From positions 6,200,001-6,264,000 of the forward strand of contig NC_081332.1 in the NCBI RefSeq assembly GCF_022539665.2: a DNA stretch of 64,000 nucleotides, in the 5' to 3' direction. Position numbers and translations under genes: made by a program. Every line of letters starts with the position of its first letter. The first letter of the stretch is position 1. Positions 39,713-53,331 of the stretch are shown here, piece after piece. Under the pieces are notes generated by a model. The model was not told the origin of the DNA and did not search any database. It worked only from the letters and a program-made list of their open reading frames with translations. Source of the stretch: Daphnia carinata. Lineage: Eukaryota.

Positions 39713-42700
39713 ATGGGGGCGGATGCACCAACTTCGAGGTGGGGGTTCCGGTGCTTCTCCGTTGCAATCCAGCTGCTTTTGTTAGTCTTCTTGACTGGTC
39801 ACACTGAATGCTGGAGACCGGCCAACAACCCGGCGGCCGGTCCGACTTCGACCAATATACCTAACCCCGGATGGATGCACCGGATGCGACTAGACGCCAA
39901 CTACGATGTGTACTGGTCAATCAGCGACAGTGAAGTCACTTTTGAGGTGCAGGTGCGCACCCTCGGCTACCTGGTTTTCGGCCTATCACCAAGTGGACAC
40001 TTCCATGACGCCGATCTCATCGTCGGTTGGATCCATAACGGACGCCCTCGATTCCAGGTACGTTCAAGCGTATAGGCCAATTTATTTCTAGATATATACT
40101 GTATATATATATATATATATAAGAGCTTTTCGGAATGAGGATGTGTGTTCTCACGTGTGCCGTCATGCACAGGGCGCACATGTTGTATGGAAGAGGTCCA
40201 AGTTGGAATCATTTTTCGATGAATAGGACGCTGATTTTGATCAATTATGCACTTGCAACTTAACGGGTTGGGCCGTTTGAATCATGCGACATGTTTTCTT
40301 TTCAAAAAAAAAAAAATGGCTGCGACGTGCGCAGCGGAGGAATATCAGACATATATATTTTTTTTTTCTTGAAGAAAGTAGGCGTCTGATGGAAGAGCAG
40401 CAATTCATTAAAAATATTTTGTATGAATGAGCTCTCGTCTTTGGATGCGTCTTTCCACCTCGTTCCAGTCCGTTTCTCCATTTCACCAGAATTTATACCG
40501 ACACCAACTCTATTACAGATGGTGTGCGGTATTCACGTCAACTCTCCGCCTCTTTTTTTTTTTTTTTTTTTCCCTTCTCCTTTGCTCATACGATCACATT
40601 CAACAATTGATTTATCCGGAATGGCAATCAGCTGTAACGACTACACCTCCCCCCGTTGATATCTTTTCCCCCCTCCAGAAAAAAAAAAAAAAAAAAAGAA
40701 ATATAAACCTTCCTTTTTTTTTTTTTTTTTTTTTTTTTTGAGTCGTTGGTTACCATTTGACCTGATCATCAAAGAAACGAAGCGAATAAATAAAAAAGGA
40801 AAAAAAAATACTGTTGGGGCTTTAGCGGTGGGCACGTGAGGGGAAAACTGATAGATGGAATGCTTACAAGCCTCTTGTGTGTGCGTGTGTGTCGTGGTAG
40901 GGTAAGAATCTCGAGTGCGGTAGTAAACATGTCAAAAAGGAAAAAGAAAACGGCCATCTTTTTCTTCCACCTGTGGACATCATCGAAGTATGAAAATGTG
41001 GAGAGGGGCCACACGACTTTTAAAAAAAGGTGACGCTTTTTGATGATTTATAGAGGGCCCCTCATCACACACGTTGGTCCACGCTTAGAAAAAAAGAAAC
41101 CTGTTCTGTGTGTCGGGCGATGGCCCAGCTTTTTTTTTTGTGGTGCCCGCTTTTCATTCAGTGCCCGCGATCATCAGAGAGTAAAAAGACAACTTTGCTC
41201 AGGTAGAGATGATGTTCATCCGAGAAGATAGGACGACAAACAAAAAATAAGAAGGTTCTCTCTTTTTTTTTTTTTTTTCTTTTCCTATTCATGGCGTTAG
41301 ACGTTCTTATTACGTAGCAAAAATGTTTTTCTTCGACACCGGGACCTCACTACATTTTTTTTTTTTTTTGGGAAGCAAAACTCGCCCCTTTAATTTATTT
41401 ACGTCTGAAGCGGCCGTATAGCTTTCAAAAGAAATGGTAAATAGATACAATTTTTGTTTTCTTTTGCAGAGGGTGGGTTTTTTTTTTTTCCAGTCTCTTG
41501 CATAACGAGCATCATTAACGCTTATTATGATGATGATGATGATATGGATCGTTTCTTTTCGAGCGTTTTTTTTTTTTTTTTTTTCGTTTTTTTCAAACGG
41601 TGGGTTTCTTACTGGTTGGAACCAGATGGAAATCGGAAATGGCTACTTTTTGTATAGAGTCCAAAACTTTGGGTTGGTGACCGGTGCAGTCGGCTTGTGT
41701 ATATCTTAATGAGTCGACTTCCCAGAAAGTGATCATTTTCCAGCCGACCAGTTTTTTTTTTTTGTTTTTTTCTTTCTTTCCCAACTTCATTATAACATTT
41801 TTTTGATTTCTTTTTTGTGTGTCATTATCAACGGAAATTCACGGTCAGTTAGTAAGAATCAGATGCGCTGATGGCGCGCCACGACTTGTTCCCTTCGAAA
41901 TGAATCGGCAAAAAAAAATGTTTTTTAAAAATAAAATAAAAACTCTCATTCAATTCTTCTGCTCTGACTCTCCGACCGACCATTGTCGATACTCCGAGAC
42001 ATAATGGCGGACACGGTGAATTATCGAGGGCGACGATATAATAATATATAATGATATAGAAAAAAAAAAAAAAAAAATAGAAAGAAGGGAGGCCTTGATG
42101 AAGATGTCGGATCTTTCTATCATGAAAGAAGTTGTGTATTTTTTATTATTATTTTTTTTTTTTTCTCTTTTTCTTATATACATTGTATGCGTTTGTATAT
42201 TGTATTCTGTGCTGGGCCGTGCGGACGCGGAGAAGTGACAAAAGGCGGAAGTTCTTGTGTCAATCCTCTGGCCCGGCAGGGGGGTGCCAACACTACGGGA
42301 TCGTGGCCAGCTATCGTCTTTTATTTTTTTCTCCTTTTCTTTTCTTTCTTTTTTTTTTTTTTTGTGGATGATGGCGTTCCCAAGTTGTTGTGTACATATA
42401 TAAACATCGTGGAATGAGTTGCAATTTCCATCAATGATTAGGTGTATATATATATGTATATATCTCTTTTCGGAGCTCTTCATTTTCTTTTCTTTTGGTT
42501 GCTTGACTTGGGGCGACGGAGTTGAAGGAAGATGTAACAGTCGACGGTCCGTGATCGACGCTCGTGAATCATCTCTCGCTGTGATTGCGACCACTCAAAA
42601 AGCCAAATGTACAGACGTGATTCATCATCATTTCACTAACGATTCACGACACGCTTGTGATATATGTTGGCTGGGAGACATGGTTGCATCGCGCTTGTAC

Positions 42701-44485
42701 TTTATTTTATTTTTTTTTTTTTCCCTCTACATTTATTTATATTACGCATCGTTTTTCTTTTTTTTTTTTTTTTTTAACATACAAGTACCGGCTGGTTAAT
42801 TCAATCGATCGACAGGGCGGAGAGATCTCACCCACACAAAAGGCGGGAATTCGAAAGTAAAGTTGGAATAAAAAAAAAAGAGGAAACCGATCATTCACCG
42901 AAAGGGAAAATGTGTGGGCCTAGTACGACAGCCTCCCCATGTTATGTGTATAAATACACTGGAGGGGGGTGGGGGGGTGGGGTGGGAGGGGGTTTATATC
43001 ATCAGCTGTTACGTGTATAATTAGACAGGGCATTACCCGCACAGAGAGAGAGCCTCTTGTAAGGCGGGGCGGGGCCGCTTAAGGGCCGTGTACATAAGAA
43101 CCTTTAGTTTGAAAAAAAAAAAAAAAAAAAAATGTTGAAATGAATTCAAATTTCCCCCCGCTGTGAACATTTTGTACGTGTGTGTGTGTGTAAGGTGAAA
43201 CGTAACCACACACATGAGCAACTCAAATCTGTTGTTTAATTTCCTTATTCTTTTTTTTTCGTTTGGGGGTCGGAAAGATTTGAGAAAAATGTTGTTGTGT
43301 GCGTCTTTGTCGTTTCTTCTGGTATGATGAGGTTGAGTTAAAGGTTCGTCTCAAGAGCAAGATGCGGTTGCTCGTTACTTGTGCGTGACTCAAGGTCGTG
43401 ATTACCTCAGCCTCTCCGGGTTCACTTTGTTTTGGTTCTTCCCGTTCCTTCCTTCCCAACTTCTCAGGGTCTTCGCCATCGTCTCCCCAATCCTTTTTTT
43501 TTTCTCTTTTCTCTTTACCTGGCGCGCTTGTGTTGTTGTTGTTGTTTCACACCACTCGAGTAGATATAGTATCTGTTTGTTATTACGCAATAGACGGGGA
43601 TTCGACACGAAAAGCCGGCACCGAGCATTCCACCATGCATACGCAACTTGGCCATCGTTTTTTTTTTTTTGTTTGGTTTCTCATCTTCCTTTTTGTTATT
43701 TTCACGTCCGTTTTTTTTTTTTTTTTTTTTTTTTTTTGTGTTTGAATTCTGCCTTTCTTCGTGCATCTTTCACGTGCTTTTAAGAGCTGGTTATGTTTTC
43801 CCTACCATATCACGGCTTCAGAATTTCAGCAGCGCACCAGAATCAGTGCAAGTGTTCTCGAAATTCTTCTAAATCTGAGCGCGAAAGAGATGCCGCAGAA
43901 AAGCTGAAAAGATCCATTTTTATTTCTGAATATAGAATTTTGCTTTTTAAAATAAATACCATCAAAGAGAAAAAAAAAAACAAAAAAACAAAAAAAAAAA
44001 AAAAATGAAGAAAAGTTGTCGGGTTTAAATCCATTTTTAATGGTTGTGTCGGGGCTTCACCCCATTGGTGACCTTAGCCAAGGAGAAGAAATGTTACAGT
44101 ACAACGTTCATACTCGTACAATTTTCGAAAAAAAAAAACAAAAAAAAGAATCTATCCGCCGTAACGGGCACGACGCGTGAAAATTCCAAGTAGCGGTGGA
44201 GAAAAAATCTTTTCCTCCCCCCGCTGGAACTCTTTTTTTTTTTTTTTTCTCGTCTACAAACGCTAATCGATGTCGACTGAACTTTGAACTTTTCTGTATT
44301 TTCTTTCTTTCTTCTTCCCCTTCAATTTCATTGTTGTTGTTGTTGCTGTCGCTTTGCATTTGTGAACGTGTCTGCGCGTTTAGACGAACGAATAACACGG
44401 CAGAATGCGATGGAAGGGAAAAAAAAAAAAAAATACTCGACATTGTCGAGTGGACTCACGCGCTTTAAATACTCAAATGGGCCGG

Positions 44486-44519
<34 letters not shown>

Positions 44520-46728
44520 CTTTTGCCTTCCAGCAGAGCGACACTACGATGTTACGTTTTTTTTTTTTTGTTATTAGATAGAGATGCTAGATGTAGTGAG
44601 CAGTAACGCACAAGGCCCCTCCAATAGCGAACGCTTGGTTAGAACCTTAGTGGCAAGGGCACCGTGTGTCGTCTTCCATCTTCGGGCTCGTTTTTTTTTT
44701 TTTTTTTTTTTTTTTTATGTACAAAAAAAAAAAAAAAAAAAAAAATGGTGACCGCTAGGAAAGTGCCATCCAGCGACATTAAAACATTCTTTATTCAACG
44801 CCATGTAGAGAAGAAAATAACGCACAGATAGATATGTATATATATCTATATGAAGAGAAAGATAGGCCGTATTTGAATATGTTAAGACGTCACACAGGAA
44901 GGCAAAGAATTTGTACAAGAAGACGAAAAAAAAAAAGAAAATCGAGGATAAGTCAAAGAGAAAAAAAATATATATATATATATATAAATAAATAGCTGAG
45001 AAAGAGAGAGAGAGAGACCTGTTCAGTCATCCTTTTTCTTTTTTTTTTTACTTGAGACGATCACTAGAATACATTACTAGCCCTTGCGAGAAGATGTGAG
45101 GGGTGTTGTGTATTGTTGTCCTTAAAAAACTTTTTTTTTTTTTTCCCTCGTTTTCTTCCATCTTTTTCTTCTTTTTTTTTTCTCTCGAGAAGCTGCACCA
45201 TTGATGGGTAAAGAGTGTGTGTCGCGATCGAGACCCTCATCATCCAAGCGGGGCGTCGTCTCATCCAACAGGGGAAAAAAAAAAAAGAAATTCCGTATAT
45301 ACAGTATTTAAAAAAAAAAAAATGTATTTTCAGATGATTTTTCTATCTCTGTCTTGCTCGTGTATTTTTTTTTTTTTTCTTGACGAATGCGGGATGGGCC
45401 TGCTGGTCGATGAATCAGACTCTCTTCGTCCTTTTTTTTTTTTTTTTCTCCGACGTACAAAAAAAAAAAAATAAATAAGGAAACGGAAAGAGACAACAAG
45501 AAAACGAAACAAAACAAACGTGATGGAAGAACCGAATAAACATTTGGTATAATGACAGTTTCGAATTCCAAAACAGTCACCCCATTCTCTTAATGTTTAT
45601 TTCCTCCTTTATTTTTATTTTTTTTTTTCACTTCCCCAACGTCGGGACGTCATCATCATCAGCCCGTCCAACACAAACAGTTGATGACGCGACGCTGTCG
45701 TCTCATTTCCACAAATGATTTCACCCCGAAAATGTCTCGCTTTCTATGTTTTTGAAAAAAAAAAGAAAGACGAGTGGGCTGTCACCATCGTTATTTCCCC
45801 CCTCCCCCCCCCCCCCCCCCCAAAAAAAAAACGCGTCGCTTAACAGAATTTTTTTTTTTTTTTTTTTTTTCCCAAACTCGAATTTTTAGTTTTTAAAGTT
45901 TGTCATCATGTTCCTCTAGCGATTGTTGTCGCCGTTGTCTTGGAGAACTGCTCGCCATTGGCGCTGCATTCTGCCGGCTGATGCGTAATCGACCGTGTGA
46001 TTGATCCGGAATTGAAGCCAAAAGCGGGCAGATGGCGATTATAGCCAGCAAAACCAAAAAAAAAACGTATATATATATATAGAAACAAAACAATAACAAC
46101 ACATACACACACACAAAAAAAAAAAAAAGGGAATAGAAAAAGAAAAAGGTTAGAATTTAGGGGGGGGGGGGGGGAGGATATAGACTAACCATCAGTGTAG
46201 CCTTCCGTCCTGCATAGGTTCTAACGAAGCAATTTCGCGCTCCGGCTCAGCGAACGAAACTAACCGAGAAAAAAAAAAAAAAAAAAAAAAAAAAAAGAAA
46301 GAAGAAGAAGAAGAAACCCTTCTTGGCGTATTACATCCCCCCCCCCCCATCCAGCGGCTCTGATGCGATCTGCTTCGGCTTCTATATACAGTCTCCACGC
46401 TTCCCGTTGGGAGCGGGCACCGCCTGTATAAATATATACCTATTTTTTTTTTTCTTTTTTTTTTTTTTGTATACATTCAGAGGTTACTATATAGATATAA
46501 AATAGAACAACAGAGTCGAAAGAGAATGAGAAAAAAAAAGAATAGCATCAAATGGTCGGCTTTCTTTCTTCTTTTTTTTTTTTTTCTATTATGGCGGCGA
46601 ATCCTTGTGGCACTGTTTATTCGCTTGATCCGTTTTCATGTACAAGTTAAAAAAAAAAAAAAAAAAAAAGAACTCGTCTTTACTTGGATTGTATCAAGTG
46701 CTCCGCCCCTATTCGTCAATAGGTGCCC

Positions 46729-46760
<32 letters not shown>

Positions 46761-49700
46761 TATTCTTCCGATTTTCGGTTGTGTCTTTTTGTGTTACGTA
46801 ATTTTCGCTGTGGCTTTGAGAAACGTAAAAGCGTATCGACCCATAATAGCACGGCTCACAAGTTGATAGTAGCCAACGAAGGCGATCAAAGAAGAGGGGG
46901 GGGTTGTTCTTCTACTTTTCTTATTGCTCGCCCTGGGTGCCTAGAATTTGTTGTTTTTTTTTTATATATAAAGGGGGAAAAAAACACATTTTTTTTGTGT
47001 GTGCGTGTAATATTCATAAAAAAAAAAAAATAACAAATGTCTAGCAGCTTCCCTGTGGTGACTCGTAAACGGCTATTTATTTTTTTATTATTATTATTTT
47101 AACCTGTAATCTATATATACACACAGAGAGAGGTATGCGAGGCGATATTTACTTTTCTTAGGCTAAATTTGTTGTTTTTTTTTTATATATAAAGGGGGAA
47201 AAAAAAAATGTTACGCTATTTAAAAAATCTATATATACACACCTGAACAAAACATTGAAAAAAAAAAAAAAAAAAAAAAATCTGGGAAAATTCCGTGTCA
47301 GTGAAAAAAATTCGTTTGGAATGAGAGGGATGTGTGCAGATCCTAATCAGTTGGTCCAGGTAGGTCCAGTCAAGGGATCTACAAAAGTTTTTTTGTTTTT
47401 TTTGGAAGGGGGTTTCTTTTGACGGGGAGGAATGGGGTCTTTTGTTTTCGTCTTTTTTCTTCTCGTCCCATCAAGTCAGATCACGTCCAGATAAAAAACA
47501 AAACAAAAAACAAAACAAAAAATAAAACAAAATAAATCGTTGGAGAGTTAAGAGATCCCAGGCAAAAGCAACACACACCTACGTGTATCCAGTTAAATGT
47601 TTCTTTAGCTAAGGGCTTGAGCGTAGGGGAAAAAAAGGGCGAAACAATTCATTGGAGAGAGAGAGAGAGAGAGAGAGAGAAAAGAAAAAGGAACGAGGCA
47701 CGAAATCTGTTGAATATATCAGATCCAGCTGTCACACACACACATACATACACCGGCCCTGAGACGACGACAACAAGACCCGTGTCTCTCTCTCTTTTAT
47801 TTTTTGGTGAGGGAATGCATCTCTCTCTCTCTTTCTCTCTCGTTCCTTTTGTCCTCTTCATTCAAATAGAAGAGGTTGACGACGGACTTAGTTTTTTAAA
47901 AGAAAAAAAAAAAAAATGTAGAAATTCCTCGTGACAGATGGATCAGACCAATTGATAGCGACGGCCCAGGTTTTGTAGCAGACCTGAAACATGGTCGTGT
48001 CTTTTCGGCTCTTATCCTCGTTATTCTTTTTTTTTTTTTTTTTAAGGAGGGGGTGCACCGGCTATATCGTACAGATCCTTTATCTTTTTTTGACTTTGAC
48101 TTTGAAATTTTCTTCTTTTTTTTTTTTCTATTTCAACGTGAAAAGACACACACAACGGATAGATGGTCGCCTTCTCTACCTTTTTTTTGAAGTTGACAAA
48201 CAACGAGAAAACCTATAACACGACAACATCAACAACAACAACAAGATGAAGCAGAAAATAAATGAGCAGGAATGTTGTACATAACAAAGTCCCACCGTGT
48301 TTGCCTTTTTGCCTCTGTACCCGATCTATCGGGAGCGATGCCACTAAGCGCTGATTCACGCTGTAATGTTAATATCTCTTCCCCTCCCTCGCGTCTCTTC
48401 GCTCTCTTCTCTCCTCGCTCTACCCCTTTTTTTTTTTCTTTCAGCACGCATAAGACAAGTGGAAAGGACGTCATCTGTTTTGCATAGTAGTCCATGGTAA
48501 CGCTTTTTTTTTTTTTTTTTTTTTTTTTTTGAATATCGGCCGTCTCGGGGGCAACTCGTGCGCACCGCACCGTGAATTCGTGATCGTGAACTCTTGGGCC
48601 GAAATGTGCACTAAATAGCTCGACAGACGCGCACACGCGAACAGCGCCAATCTTGGCAATTTGGGAGCGCAGAATTGAAATAAACAAACAGGGCCGCTCT
48701 TGTTCAATCTCTCTGTCGCTATCGTTGTGTGTGTGTGTGTCGATGCAGTCGATATCGATCTCTCCATCTCGTTCGCTTTGCTTTAACAAATTGGCTCTTT
48801 TTCCTCTTTGATCGGCGTTTCTTGTTAACCCACACACAGCCAACAAGTCAAAAGAAGAAAACAAAAAAAAAAAAAAAGAAAAAGAGAAAGAAGAAATTGA
48901 AGGGGGGGGGGGGCTAGAAGGCTGATTGTAAACTCAGGTGAGTGTAACACACACACACACACACACACACGGAAAGCAAAAAAAAAAAAAAAAATAGCGG
49001 GAATGATTGGGAGAGAAGAAGGTTAGAATAGGCGGGGTATTACGATGTTTTCCTTTTTGTTTCTTTCTTAACAGATTCATTTAAAATGAAGGCCCTTAAA
49101 GGCAATATGAAGTCGAAAGCCCCCCTCCGGAGCGGAGGTTGATTGGTTTTTTCTCTTTTTTTTTTCTTTTCATTTTCTTTTTTTTTTTTTTTTTTGGCTT
49201 ACCTTTCGACATCCAAGCAAAGAGATCATTTGCATTTATTTTTTTTTTGTTGTTGTTGGTCTTTTGCTGCTGCCGGTGCAACCTTTAACGAAGACGAGAT
49301 AAAACGAAAGGGAGGGGGGGGGGGGGGGGAGAGAGAACAGTTTTGTGCGCGCTAGAAGACGGATATCTACGTGGAGACCCACGAAAGCCAATAGCTATAT
49401 AGGGACCCCATTCTTAATTAGCCTTTGTTGTTTGGAGCCAGCAAACAGAAACACGAACTTGGTATTGTTATTTAGGGGGTTAGACGAACACAGACAAAAA
49501 AAAAACGAAGAGAAACGAGAGTAAAAAAAAAAAAAAAAATAGATAAATAAATAAATAGGAAAGTGGAAGACCAAAAAAGAGAGAGAAAAAAATTACATTA
49601 AGAATAAGAAGAAAAAAAAAAAAGAGCTGGTAATATTCAAATAGGAGGAAGCGATAGAAAGGTGGGTGCACACGCGTGAACGGTTTACAAGTTGAGGCAA

Positions 49701-51092
49701 GCGAACACGGGGCGGGAGTGATTGAAAAATCACTTTGGGGGCGCTCCGGCATCATCATTTGCATCTGATTTGCATCTGATTATTTTCCTACGGCGATTGG
49801 AAAAAAAAAAAATAAATAAATAAATAAGAGAAGGGTCTCCCCCCTCCTCCTCTCGTTTATCCCTCTCTTTTTATAAACCAGCAGTCCGAGGGCTATGTGC
49901 AGTTGTACGCTATACAAAACAAAAACAAAAAAACAACGAGACTCACGGTCACGTTTTTTTTTTCTTCTTTATTTTTAAAACAAAAAAGGCGCACACGCAA
50001 AGAGCACCTGTCTCCTTTTTGGCCGCTCTTTCCCGACATTTTGGGGGTTTGCTATTTTGCTCACGTTAAGCCCTCGAGTGGGGGCCCCCAAAAGAAAGAA
50101 TTTACGAACATCGATTGTTTGTCCGTTGTTGGAAGAAAAACAAAACAAAACGTCCGTCTGGCAAATGCCGAACCGGCCGTCCCGAAAAAGGTCGCCGCTC
50201 ACCTTCTCACGCAAACACACATCAGCAACAATCAGCGCCGTTGATGATGATGGAACGAGACACGCGGGCTGCATGCTCGATTTGCCATCGGCTCATCGTT
50301 CAAATCTCCTAAATAGCTCTATGAAATCTACGTCTATGTGTGTGTGTGTGTGTGTGTGACGTCTGCACACACACACACACACACACGCGCGCGCGCCATC
50401 CCTTCTACAGCATCGAAAGCACCGACTTTTAAGCATTTTCTCTTATATATTGGTTGCCGTGTTGTTGTTCTTTGCATGTTCGTTTTTGACTTAGCGGTAC
50501 ACGAGGCCCGCAGCATCTCGGACGTAAACGATGGAAACACCAAAATAACAGGGACCCTTACTATTTTGTTTTTGTTTTGTTTTGTTTTTTCCCCACTTTT
50601 TTTTCTACATCTCCTCCAAACCTATTGTCATTCATATGTGCTAATCGACTGCAGCTGCCGCCATATAGACACTAGCCGACGCCATTGAGCGGCCGACTTC
50701 ACTCGGCTTTTTTTTTTTTTTTTTTTAGGGGGGAACTTGGGACGTGCCCTGCATTGAACGCAGCTCCCGCTCGACTTGTAATTTTGCCCGAACGTAATAC
50801 TAAACCACTCATTTTAATAAAAAGAAAACGGACAAGTGTTAGCGCAGAAATGTCGATGGAGAGCGAGGCCACTAGAGAAAATCATGTTTGGCTTGAAAAA
50901 TCAGACATTGCGAAACGCATTTTGTTATTCATTTTGACTTAATTACTTTGAGGAAAAAACAAAAACAAAAACGGAATGAATCCGTACTCTTACGTCATCT
51001 GATCTGCTCATTTATTTTTGTTAGCGAACGCGGGACTCGGCGTTAAATCATAAAGGAACGTATTGATTCGCCCAATGTTTGTTTTTTTTTCC

Positions 51093-51124
<32 letters not shown>

Positions 51125-51284
51125 CTTTAATGTTTCGATCATGGCCGCGGTGATGACCGGCCATTAAAAAAATGAAACTTCGCGGAGAGACTAGATAGCT
51201 CGTTCGTTCTCGTCAATAGTACTCATTTAAAGAGCTCGCAGAACGGCGATTGGAGCTGGCTGAAGTACACACCCAAAGAACTTC

Positions 51285-51318
<34 letters not shown>

Positions 51319-52799
51319 GACAAAATTCTTGTATATCTTTTTTTTTTTTTTTTTTCTTATCTCGAGTCGTGCAGATAGGGGTCAATGATTGCCATCGAAC
51401 GTACACCCGTGATTCGCCATGTTTATCAAACGTTTTGCTCGCAGGCGCTCATTATACATGTTGGTGGCTTGTTTATGTTACCTCCAATTTGATCGTTCTG
51501 GCCCGGTCTGCTTCGTTTTCTACGCCTAACGTTGTCTACGCTATCAATATCACCGAGATGAGAGAAGGAAACAATGCCAAGCACAATTAACGAGCCAATC
51601 TTCTGAATTCTCTATAATGCGTCACACTAATTTTTTTTTTTTTTTTCTTTTCTTCACGGCTTAAAAGCTTTGCCCCTCTCTCGACATATTTTTTTTTTTT
51701 TTTTTTTTTTTCCCGCTTAGACATTGTGTTCCGTTTGTCAACAACGGCGACACGAATGTCAGCGGGCCTGGCGCGTCTCATTTCATCATCATTAACGAAC
51801 CCCCCCCCCCTTCTATTTTACTCCGCCCATTGTCCCCCCCCCCTCTTTTAACAACAAATGAGAAGGGACGCAAAAACGAAATAAAGACAAATAATCATAA
51901 GAAGCTCCTGTTTTCTCGCAGAGTAAACAGGAAAAAAAAATATATATACAGTATATGTACACCATTATGTGATGCGGATGACAAAGGGCGAGGGTGGGAT
52001 GGAGCCAAAGCGAAAAAAAAAAAAAGAAACGGAAGAGACAAGCAAAAAATAACAATAAGACAAAATATATACGTATATAAAAAATAGGGAAGGAAAATGA
52101 GACGAGTCATTAAGCCAAACAGAACGAATTTGGGGGCTGGTTTGGAGGATGTTGCGCTGATGGCACTAGACTCTTCTCGGCATTTTGTACGTTGTATATA
52201 TAACGTATATCAGGCGCGACACACACACACACACACACACACCAAAACGAGGAATGGAGCATTTCCGGACGTGCCCATTTCGTTTCCATCCGCCAGTAAG
52301 AGCCTGAGTTGGGGGGGGGGGGGGGGGTAAAAAAAAAAAACAAAAGTAATTATACCTGCGTATATAAGTTACCGGCATGTGTTTTGTATACACTTGAAAA
52401 GGGATCGCATGATGTGTCGTCAAAACACGGGATCCACGTTACATTATAACACGCCCCTCACAACAAACGCCGTTCTAGCGAGTGATGTACCAACAATTTA
52501 AACAAGAAGCCACTTGCCCATTTTGTTATTTCCGCTCCTTTTTTTTTTTTTTTTTTTTTTCATTCGTCGTATGAAAAAGGGAAAAATAAATGGAATAGAC
52601 AGACAATAAGAAGACAGGTATAAATATCTTTTTTTTTTTTGCGCTTGAATAAGGATGTACGAGAACATGACGGCATGATGGTTTTCCTCATCATCATTTC
52701 CCACTGTATATGGAGGGGAAATGCATCCATTGTTTACCCTTCGTCTTGCCACTTTTCTCATTTGCTTTATCTTTTAAAAGAAGAAAGAAAACACAACGG

Positions 52800-52833
<34 letters not shown>

Positions 52834-53299
52834 CCCCGTTCAGCGTGCGCGCACACCCTTTCATTTAAAGAGTTATGTGTATACGGTATATATATATATA
52901 TATATATATATACCTGGTCCCCCGTCAAGTCTCATTTTATCTAGAAAGAAAAAGAGGGGGGATGAAGGGAAAAAAAGAGATTGATCCTCGTAAATCATCA
53001 ATAGCTTTAAGAGTTTCAAAAGAACAAAGAAATAAGAGGGGGGGGGGGGATATCATTCTTAATTGAGTAGAATAAAAACGGCGCGGATCGAATAGCGCAA
53101 CCAGCGTAGGCTTTCAAAAACGTTTAACATGCTGAAAAAAAAAAGAACCGGCTGGAGTGCACGGCCAGATTGCAAAAAAGAGAATTAGAATAAGTGAGTG
53201 CACATCTGACGATGAGTTACGAAATCATTGCTCCTCTTCCTTTCGCCCAGCGCAGTCCCAGGTGTAGACGGATACGTGCACGGAGGGGGATCCTGCAGA

Positions 53300-53331
<32 letters not shown>

